This document shows positions 1 to 6,843 of a DNA stretch of 27,568 nt, one piece after another. The stretch comes from an uncultured bacterium (GTDB lineage: Bacteria > Bacteroidota > Ignavibacteria > Kapaibacteriales > UBA2268): contig CALLXS010000049.1 in NCBI GenBank assembly GCA_937875295.1, positions 1 through 27,568 of the forward strand, written 5' to 3'. Numbering within the stretch: the stretch's first letter is position 1; each line of letters starts with the position of its first letter. The translations under genes were made by a program, and so were the position numbers. The notes beneath the pieces were generated by a model. The model was not told the DNA's origin. It did no database searches and saw only the letters and a list, made by a program, of their open reading frames with translations.

Positions 1-117
1 ACAAACGTTGCGTTTATCATAGCAAAATCAAACAACTACAAATTAACACTATTTTATTAAATAAACAAAAAAAAGAGAAAAAAATATTAAATATACTCCA
101 AAAATCAATAAAATATT

Positions 118-384
118 TTAATCTTCTTCAAATTTATTTTTAAACAATATTTCAATTGAATTAAATGCTTCTTGCTCATCTTCGCCTTTAATTTTAATTG
201 TAAGCACTGAACCCTGTTCAGCAGTTAAAGTCATTACACCGATGATACTTTTCGCATTGATTTCGAAACCATCTTTCACTAGAAATATTTCTGATTTAAA
301 TCTTGATGTTAATTTCACTAAAGTAGCAGCAGGTCTAGTATGGATGCCAGCTCTATTTAGTACTATTAACTCTTTTTCTATCAT
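118..384 (-). CDS. ptsH: phosphocarrier protein HPr
   Basis: 88 aa; GIHTRPAA motif (His15) and AKSIIGVMTL (Ser46-equivalent); size typical of HPr. Confidence 0.85.
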   Translation of the reverse strand: MIEKELIVLNRAGIHTRPAATLVKLTSRFKSEIFLVKDGFEINAKSIIGVMTLTAEQGSVLTIKIKGEDEQEAFNSIEILFKNKFEED

Positions 385-423
385 AATATTTTCGTAAAAA
401 AAATTTTACTCATATTTCGACAG

Positions 424-431
424 CAAAAATA
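424..431 (-). promoter_or_regulatory. candidate -7 box (TATTTTTG, matches TAnnTTTG) about 33 nt upstream of ptsH start
   Basis: reverse complement of caaaaata at 424-431; no well-spaced -33 TTTG found. Confidence 0.3.
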
Positions 432-526
432 AAAATAAAATTGCAAAATAAAAATAAATATTATTCACATTTTTTGTTTTTTTGCAATCAGTATTAGAAT
501 TAATATGAATATTTAAAAAGATTACT

Positions 527-534
527 TAATTTTG
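527..534 (+). promoter_or_regulatory. candidate -7 box TAATTTTG upstream of maf
   Basis: exact TAATTTTG octamer, also seen upstream of nusA, rpsO, the T9SS gene and the riboswitch leader; about 80 nt leader to maf. Confidence 0.3.
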
Positions 535-616
535 CATTCATTTTATTTTAATTAATATAAAGTTCAATTAATTCGCACTGTTATTTTTGTATTTTACTTT
601 TCTATAAGGGTATAAA

Positions 617-1228
617 TTGAATTATTCAAATATTGAGCAGTTATTAGATCTTAAATACAATTTAATTTTAGCTTCGAGCTCTCCTCGCAGGAAAAAACTC
701 TTAGAAAATTTAGGATTTCAATTTGAAGTAATATCACCTAATATTGATGAAGATGTATTCCCCGAGCATTTACAACCTAAGGAAATAGCGATATTTTTAT
801 CTTTACAAAAAGCAAAAAATATTGCACAAAATATCTCATCGAATAAAATTGTAATTTCAGCAGATACTATAGTTGTGCTTAATAATGAAATTCTAAATAA
901 ACCAATTGATTATGCTGATGCAAAGCAAATCTTACAAAAATTAAGCAATAATACTCATATTGTCTATACTGGAGTAACTGTAATAAATACAACAACAGCA
1001 AAAATAATTTCAGAAGTGAAAGCCACTGAAGTTACTTTCCGAAAATTAGAAAATGAAGAAATAGATTTTTATATAAAATCAGGATCTCCGATGGACAAAG
1101 CAGGTGCTTATGGTATTCAAGATGATTTTGGGGCAATTTTCGTGAAAGAAATTAAAGGCTGCTATTATAATATTGTAGGATTGCCTTTAGAAATGTTATA
1201 TCAAATGCTTAAAGAAATTATAAAATAA
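617..1228 (+). CDS. maf: Maf-family nucleoside triphosphate pyrophosphatase (septum formation protein Maf)
   Basis: LILASSSPRRKKLL N-terminal signature, about 200 aa; only in-frame start before the motif is TTG at 617, so start codon is uncertain. Confidence 0.8.
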   Translation: MNYSNIEQLLDLKYNLILASSSPRRKKLLENLGFQFEVISPNIDEDVFPEHLQPKEIAIFLSLQKAKNIAQNISSNKIVISADTIVVLNNEILNKPIDYADAKQILQKLSNNTHIVYTGVTVINTTTAKIISEVKATEVTFRKLENEEIDFYIKSGSPMDKAGAYGIQDDFGAIFVKEIKGCYYNIVGLPLEMLYQMLKEIIK

Positions 1229-1235
1229 CAAAATT

Positions 1236-2132
1236 ATGGGTAGAGAAAAAAATATTAGTATTTTATCTAAAGATAAGACATTTACTCTCACTTTGATTCT
1301 ACCATGGGTGATTACATTTTGTGTATTTTGGCTTTATCCTATTATTTATGCCGGAGTGCTAAGTTTTACTCATCATTCTACATTAACTAATAAATCTATT
1401 TTTGTAGGATTTGATAATTATATTGCATTATTTAAAAGTAAAGTATTTTATAAAGCTCTTCTAAATACTGCAATTTTTACTTTTGGTACAGTACCAATTA
1501 CAACTGCTATTTCCCTTTTCTTTGCTGTATTGATAAATAGTAAATCAGCTAAATTTAAAGAATTTTATAAAACTGCATTCTTTATGCCTGCAGTAACTTC
1601 TTTGATTGTAATTTCCCTAATTTTCACAAATTTATATGCTCAAGACGGTTATATAAATATTATTCTAAAATCTTTAGAATTACCATATCCCGCAAGGGGG
1701 TGGTTGCTTGAAACAAAAACGGCACTCTTATCAATAATGATGATGGATGTGTGGAGTGCAGTGGGTTACTATATGATATTATTTTTAGCCGGTATGCAAT
1801 CTATACCAGATGATCTATATCATTCAGCAGATATTTCTGGTGCTTCTACTTGGCAAAAATTTAAATTAATTACTTTACCTTTGCTTAAGCCAACTTTAGT
1901 ATTTGTGATTTTTATCAATACAATTAAATCTTTCCAAATATTTGTAGAAGTTATGATTATGACAAAGGGAGGACCATTGAACTCGACAACTACTTTAGTT
2001 TATCAAGTTTATACAAATGCTTTTGAGAAATCTGATGGAATGGGATATGCTTCGGCACTTGCTTTTGTTGTATTTATAATATTGCTTATTTTTACTTTTG
2101 TGCAACAAAAAGTAATGAAACTTAAAGATTAA
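1236..2132 (+). CDS. ABC transporter permease, carbohydrate (MalF/MalG/UgpAE-like) family
   Basis: 298 aa, six hydrophobic segments, EAA-loop region LFLAGMQSIPDDLYHSADISGASTWQKFKLITLPLLKP; starts 8 nt after maf stop. Confidence 0.8.
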   Translation: MGREKNISILSKDKTFTLTLILPWVITFCVFWLYPIIYAGVLSFTHHSTLTNKSIFVGFDNYIALFKSKVFYKALLNTAIFTFGTVPITTAISLFFAVLINSKSAKFKEFYKTAFFMPAVTSLIVISLIFTNLYAQDGYINIILKSLELPYPARGWLLETKTALLSIMMMDVWSAVGYYMILFLAGMQSIPDDLYHSADISGASTWQKFKLITLPLLKPTLVFVIFINTIKSFQIFVEVMIMTKGGPLNSTTTLVYQVYTNAFEKSDGMGYASALAFVVFIILLIFTFVQQKVMKLKD

Positions 2133-2148
2133 TCATATATCACAGGAA

Positions 2149-3255
2149 TTAAAATTTAATGTAATTGTTTCCTGGAATTTGCTTTATTAATCCATTCATC
2201 TCTAATAAAAATAATTCACTTAACACTTCTTGTATGCTTAGACCTGTTATTTCAGATAATTTGTCCGGATTAGTTGCTTCGCTGTCAATATTGTTATAAA
2301 TTAAAAGTTGATTTTCAGTTAGTTTATTTATAGCTTCATTATTTGCAAATAAATTATTTTCATCATAATTAGGAAATTTGAGATCTTTTAAAATATCGTC
2401 AGGAGCTAAAGCGATTTTGGCATTATTATCCCAAATTAACTTATTTGTACCCTTGCTTCTTTCAGAATTTATTCTACCCGGAATAGCGTAAACCTCTCTA
2501 TTTTGTTCATTTGCGTTGCGTGCTGTATTTAAAGAACCTCCTCGATAACTACTTTCTACTACTAATGTAGCTTGCGATAATCCACTTATTATTCTATTTC
2601 TAAAAAGGAAATATGGAGGCAAAGCACTTGTACCTGGCACAAATGTAGAAATTATTGCACCATTAGCATCCAATATTTTATTTGCATTCGTTTGCATTGT
2701 AGCAGGAGTGATTTTATCAATACCGCTTGCTATTACTGCTATAGTTTTCCCATCATTTTTAATTGCAGAAAAATGTGCAATAGTATCAATTCCAGTAGCT
2801 AAGCCGCTTACTATAGTTACACCGTTTTTTACAAAAGATTCCACAAAAAATTCCGTGCATATCTTACCATATTCAGTACAACGCCGGGTACCTACTACTG
2901 AAATTCTATTTCCATTATCGTTTAAATTCCCTTTGTAATATAAAATAAGAGGTGGGGAAGGTATTTGAGTGAGCAAAAATGGGTAATCTTCATCAAAAAT
3001 CGATAGTATCTTAATTTCATGTTTATGGCAAATTTCTTTTATTTCGATTAAACTTCTATTAAAATCAATCAATTTATCAGTAAATAATTTATTTTCAGTG
3101 TTAAGGTAATTATTTATATTTGAGCTATTCTTAAAAGAATCGAAATCTTGAAATATGTCAAAAATGTCAAGTTGATTTGCTAAATTCTTATTAATAAGAG
3201 AAAATTTAATTAAATCATCAATTTCCCATTTATATTTTGGTTTATTATCAGTCAT
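2149..3255 (-). CDS. dprA: DNA processing protein DprA (Smf)
   Basis: 368 aa; Rossmann-like core GIDTIAHFSAI...IAVIASGIDKITP characteristic of DprA. Confidence 0.85.
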   Translation of the reverse strand: MTDNKPKYKWEIDDLIKFSLINKNLANQLDIFDIFQDFDSFKNSSNINNYLNTENKLFTDKLIDFNRSLIEIKEICHKHEIKILSIFDEDYPFLLTQIPSPPLILYYKGNLNDNGNRISVVGTRRCTEYGKICTEFFVESFVKNGVTIVSGLATGIDTIAHFSAIKNDGKTIAVIASGIDKITPATMQTNANKILDANGAIISTFVPGTSALPPYFLFRNRIISGLSQATLVVESSYRGGSLNTARNANEQNREVYAIPGRINSERSKGTNKLIWDNNAKIALAPDDILKDLKFPNYDENNLFANNEAINKLTENQLLIYNNIDSEATNPDKLSEITGLSIQEVLSELFLLEMNGLIKQIPGNNYIKF

Positions 3256-3279
3256 TATTTCACTTTTTTTGTTTAAATT

Positions 3280-3720
3280 TTATTTTTCAATAATTAATGT
3301 AACTGGACCATCATTAATAAGAGAAATATCCATCATTGCACCGAATTCACCAGAATAAATTTTAAGATTATAATTATTTTTAATATAATCAATAAATTCA
3401 TTATAAATTTTTCTTGCAATTTCAGGAGAAGCTGAGTCTATGAAAGATGGTCTAAAACCTTTTCTTGCACAACCATAGATTGTGAAATTAGAAACTATTA
3501 AAATATCTCCGTTAAGATCTAAAACTGATTTATTTAATTTATTATTTTCATCGTTAAAGATTCTAAGATTAATTAATTTATTAGCAAACCATTTAATTGT
3601 ATCGATATTATCGCTATCTGAAAAAGCAATTAATACTACAATTCCTTTATTAATTTCGCTAATTAAATTGTTGTCAATTTTGACTGAGGCTTGCTTTACC
3701 CTCTGCACTACAGCTTTCAT
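3280..3720 (-). CDS. dtd: D-aminoacyl-tRNA deacylase
   Basis: 146 aa; MKAVVQRV N-terminus, SNFTIYG and NDGPVTLII motifs typical of Dtd. Confidence 0.85.
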   Translation of the reverse strand: MKAVVQRVKQASVKIDNNLISEINKGIVVLIAFSDSDNIDTIKWFANKLINLRIFNDENNKLNKSVLDLNGDILIVSNFTIYGCARKGFRPSFIDSASPEIARKIYNEFIDYIKNNYNLKIYSGEFGAMMDISLINDGPVTLIIEK

Positions 3721-4096
3721 TTTTATTATATTCTCTTGTTGGATTTCCTAAAATATGCACAGTTACAAATATAGCAATAAAAGTAAGCATTGCTTGAATA
3801 TAGTGATTTTCTAATAAAATAAAATTTGAAAATGTTATGCCTAACCATAGAACTGTAATACTTATTCTTTTGGAATTGAGTGATATCCCTTCGCCTTTGT
3901 AATAATCATCAATATATTTTCCAAAATATTTATTATTTCTCACAAATTTTTCTAATTTCACAGAACTTCTAGAAAAACACCAAATTGAAAGAAGTAAAAA
4001 TGGGGTAGTCGGTAATATAGGTAAAAAGATACCAAATATTCCGCAAATAGTACTTATAACGCCGACTAAAATATATATAACACGTTTAATTTTCAT
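3674..4096 (-). CDS. YbaN-family (DUF454) inner membrane protein
   Basis: 140 aa, 3-4 TM segments, ILVGVISTICGIFGIFLPILPTTPFLLLSIWCFSRSS resembles YbaN N-terminus; 3' end overlaps dtd start by 47 nt. Confidence 0.6.
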   Translation of the reverse strand: MKIKRVIYILVGVISTICGIFGIFLPILPTTPFLLLSIWCFSRSSVKLEKFVRNNKYFGKYIDDYYKGEGISLNSKRISITVLWLGITFSNFILLENHYIQAMLTFIAIFVTVHILGNPTREYNKNESCSAEGKASLSQN

Positions 4097-4100
4097 TTAT

Positions 4101-4877
4101 TTAGGGTTTATTTTTAGCTGATTTCCTATAAATATTAGCAATTTCAACAATTTCCTTTGCTCGATTTGTACCTATTGCTTTTGCATTATATTTCATTGCT
4201 TTTGCAAAATGAGCAGCAGTATCAATGGAATAAGTAGCAAGAATTATATTGTTTTTTAAAGCACTTTCGCTAATAGACATACTCAATGAACTTTGACTAG
4301 TTATATATGCATCAATATTTATTTTGCTTAAGATTTGCTCTGGTAAAAGTGGGCGAGAAGGTATTCTGATTGCAGCAATAGGAACCTCTGGAGCTATTTC
4401 TTTACTAACTGAAAGCATATCATAATAAAATGAGGCGAATAGAACTTCATCTAAATTTCCATATTTAGTTATTTCATTTAATAATTTGTCTATAAACGAT
4501 GCATTTGTTATTGAATTATTTCTTTTAATTTCAATATTAAGGTAGCATTTGTTTTTAGCAATTGAAAGCAAATCAGATAATTTTGCAATTTTCGTTTCAG
4601 TACTTGATTTCTTATTAACAACTTTTATTTTTTGTATCTCGCTTGATGATAATTCGCTAATCAAATATTTCTTAGAATCTTTCTGAATATAAGCATTATG
4701 ATTTATTATAAAGTGATTATCTTTAGTAATATGAATATCAGCTTCTATCATATCCACACCTGAGGAAATTGCATCTATAAATGATTCTATGGAGTTCTCT
4801 GGAGCGTTAGATTGGTCACCTCGATGTGCAGCTACAATTATATTATTAAAAACATCTTTTTTATATAAAGGCTTCAT
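4101..4877 (-). CDS. glycerophosphodiester phosphodiesterase (GDPD) family protein
   Basis: VAAHRGDQSNAPENSIESF...MIEADIHITKDNHFIINHN matches GP-PDE catalytic HR..E..D..H motifs. Confidence 0.8.
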   Translation of the reverse strand: MKPLYKKDVFNNIIVAAHRGDQSNAPENSIESFIDAISSGVDMIEADIHITKDNHFIINHNAYIQKDSKKYLISELSSSEIQKIKVVNKKSSTETKIAKLSDLLSIAKNKCYLNIEIKRNNSITNASFIDKLLNEITKYGNLDEVLFASFYYDMLSVSKEIAPEVPIAAIRIPSRPLLPEQILSKINIDAYITSQSSLSMSISESALKNNIILATYSIDTAAHFAKAMKYNAKAIGTNRAKEIVEIANIYRKSAKNKP

Positions 4878-4962
4878 TTGATCTTAAATATTTAGAATTA
4901 TTTTATAAATATTATCGAATTTATTGATTAGATATAAATTTATATATTAATGAAATTAATGA

Positions 4963-6285
4963 TTAAATAACAATTGAATCACAATTTAGATTCACTAATT
5001 TAATATTATAAAATCTTTTTTCCAAAGGAATTTCATTCTGGTGATTAATTTTTGTGTGAATATAATTATCTGTCCAAGCAGAATATTGATTTGATTTATT
5101 ATCAAAATTCTCAGGTATAATTCTATGAATATTATTTAAATTTTTTTCAATAAAAATATTTTTCTTTTTATTCATTAATTCAATTAATCTGTTTGTTCTT
5201 ATTTTTTTTGTCTTTTTATCTATTTTTCCGGAAAATTTTGATGCTGGTGCAATTTTCCTATCTGAATAGCTAAAAACGTGTAAATACGAGAACTCTAAAC
5301 CATTTAGGAACTGGTAAGTTTCTTCAAAAAGTTCATCAGTTTCACCTGGAAATCCAGTAATTACATCAATTCCGATTCCACAATATTTAATATTATTATT
5401 TATTTTGTTTATTAAATTTTCGAATTGCTTAGTAGTATATCTTCTTTTCATTAGTTTTAGAATTGTATCGCTACCACTTTGCAAAGGAATATGAAAATGA
5501 GGGCAAATAATTTTAGAATTTTTGCAAATTTCAATTATTTTATCAGTAAGTAAATTCGGTTCAATTGATGATATTCTTACTCTTAAATCATAACCCGTTG
5601 ATTCGATATATTCGATTATATCAGAGAATGTTTTCTTTGTATTGCTATCATTGCTATCTCCAGAATAACATCCGAGATTAATTCCACTTAAAATGACTTC
5701 TTTTGCTCCTTTATGGTATATATTTTTAAATTGAGTCTTAAAATCTTCGAAGTTCATTGATCTATTTGCTCCTCGAGAATAAGGAATAGCACAATAAGAA
5801 CAAAAATAATCACATCCATCTTGAATTTTCATTGATATCCGAGTATGAGCTTCATTCTCAGCGGAGTCTGCATAATAAAAAGTATTTTCACATAAATTAG
5901 ATTTATAATTTTTAATATTTGTATTAGTATCGTTCTCTAAATTCTGTAAAATTTTAAATTTATCAATATTTCCATAGATTTTATATACTCCTTCTATTTC
6001 GTAAAGCTCATTGTATGCAATTTCTGCGTAACAACCTAATACAACAATTTTAGCATAAGGGAACAATTTATGATATTTTCTAATGAGTCTTCTGCCGTCG
6101 GAGTCTGCTTTATCTGTAACAGTACAGGTATGAATAAATATAAAATTTGGTGTTTCAGTTTCAATCAGATTTGTTGAATTTAATACAATATGCTGATAAC
6201 CATTTGATTCAAGGAGTTGCTTAATTTGTGATATTTCTGCAAAATTAACTTTGCATCCTAAGTTATGTATGATAAATTTTTTCAT
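4963..6285 (-). CDS. mtaB: tRNA methylthiotransferase, MtaB-like (radical SAM, MiaB/RimO family)
   Basis: 440 aa; N-terminal HNLGCKVNFAE (MTTase N domain), radical-SAM CDYFCSYCAIPYSRG; MtaB-like rather than MiaB by the GCKVN N-terminus. Confidence 0.75.
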   Translation of the reverse strand: MKKFIIHNLGCKVNFAEISQIKQLLESNGYQHIVLNSTNLIETETPNFIFIHTCTVTDKADSDGRRLIRKYHKLFPYAKIVVLGCYAEIAYNELYEIEGVYKIYGNIDKFKILQNLENDTNTNIKNYKSNLCENTFYYADSAENEAHTRISMKIQDGCDYFCSYCAIPYSRGANRSMNFEDFKTQFKNIYHKGAKEVILSGINLGCYSGDSNDSNTKKTFSDIIEYIESTGYDLRVRISSIEPNLLTDKIIEICKNSKIICPHFHIPLQSGSDTILKLMKRRYTTKQFENLINKINNNIKYCGIGIDVITGFPGETDELFEETYQFLNGLEFSYLHVFSYSDRKIAPASKFSGKIDKKTKKIRTNRLIELMNKKKNIFIEKNLNNIHRIIPENFDNKSNQYSAWTDNYIHTKINHQNEIPLEKRFYNIKLVNLNCDSIVI

Positions 6286-6342
6286 TTATAAATATAATAC
6301 TCTTTATAAAATAAAATTAACATTTAAGAACACAATCACTTC

Positions 6343-6386
6343 AGATAAAAAGAAAACAGCTTAACTTTTTACTAATTAAGCTGTTT
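6343..6386 (-). terminator. intrinsic terminator downstream of tRNA-Glu
   Basis: perfect 11-bp stem (plus 6354-6364 aaacagcttaa / 6376-6386 ttaagctgttt) with 11-nt loop; in minus-strand sense followed by TCTTTTTATCT. Confidence 0.6.
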
Positions 6387-6420
6387 GGTGAGGTATCCTA
6401 GTTATGAAAACTAAAAAACG

Positions 6421-6492
6421 TGACTCCAACGGGATTCGAACCCGTACTGCCACCGTGAAAGGGTGGTGACCTATCCATTAGTCGATGGAGCC
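6421..6492 (-). tRNA. tRNA-Glu (anticodon UUC)
   Basis: reverse complement folds as cloverleaf: acceptor GGCTCCA/TGGAGTC, D-stem GACT/GGTC, anticodon stem CCACC/GGTGG with loop CTTTCAC (U33, anticodon TTC, A37), T-arm ACGGG-TTCGAAT-CCCGT; CCA not encoded. Confidence 0.9.
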
Positions 6493-6556
6493 AATTTATT
6501 TAATAATTGTTATTAATTATTTTATTTTAATGTGCTACTTCTGATAAAAAAGATTA

Positions 6557-6587
6557 CAAAGTTACGAAATAATTTTAATTTTGCAAA
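6557..6587 (-). promoter_or_regulatory. Bacteroidota-type promoter for tRNA-Glu (TTTG-N19-TAACTTTG)
   Basis: minus-strand sense cTTTGcaaaattaaaattatttcgTAACTTTGtaatct; spacing and -7 octamer fit the TTTG/TAnnTTTG consensus; about 58-nt leader to tRNA 5' end. Confidence 0.5.
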
Positions 6588-6735
6588 GAAAATTATAAAA
6601 ATTATTAAGAAATCTTTACAATTGAATTAATTCCAATGACAAAATAATTAATATAATAAATAGATTTATTCAAATAGAAGATAACAATAGATTCAAATAA
6701 ATTTTAAATAAATATTATATTTTAAAATAAATTCC

Positions 6736-6766
6736 TTTGAATTTGTAAAGAAAAGTCGTAATTTTG
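6736..6766 (+). promoter_or_regulatory. Bacteroidota-type promoter for nusA operon (TTTG-N19-TAATTTTG)
   Basis: ccTTTGaatttgtaaagaaaagtcgTAATTTTGtaatctg; -33 at 6736-6739, -7 at 6759-6766. Confidence 0.55.
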
Positions 6767-6774
6767 TAATCTGT

Positions 6775-6806
6775 AAATGGGCTAAGTAAAAATTGCCCAT
6801 TTTTTT
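6775..6806 (+). terminator. intrinsic-terminator-like hairpin in nusA leader (candidate attenuator)
   Basis: aaatgggc (6775-6782) / gcccattt (6795-6802), 12-nt loop, followed by T-run (6800-6806); lies between the putative promoter and the nusA ATG at 6844. Confidence 0.55.
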
Positions 6807-6843
6807 ATAAGTGATTTATTTTAATAATTTTATTGAGTACATA

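Noticed and set aside
9-24. Small hairpin aaacg-ttg-cgttt at the window edge as ptsH terminator
   Set aside because: Only a 5-bp stem with a 3-nt loop and the flanking sequence is cut by the window boundary; cannot be supported.
2133-2175. 6-bp stem caggaa/ttcctg between ABC permease and dprA as a terminator
   Set aside because: Stem short with 21-nt loop and overlaps the dprA coding 3' end; too weak to call.
2708-2938. ORFs of 60-100 aa on the opposite strand inside confidently assigned genes (2708-2938, 3482-3751, 6816-7016, 8397-8687, 9200-9400, 9548-9772, 10134-10433, 10579-10794, 11991-12293, 15991-16173, 19182-19400, 23155-23391, 23651-23839, 24390-24650, 25697-25924, 26342-26641, 27103-27309)
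   Set aside because: All overlap well-supported CDSs in antisense, have low-complexity or hydrophobic junk translations with no recognisable motifs; expected by chance in AT-rich DNA.
6811-6843. NusA start at GTG 6811 (as in ORF track)
   Set aside because: 6811 lies directly after the leader hairpin T-run; NusA-like sequence only begins around MPRRKAKF..., and ATG 6844 gives a normal NusA N-terminus.
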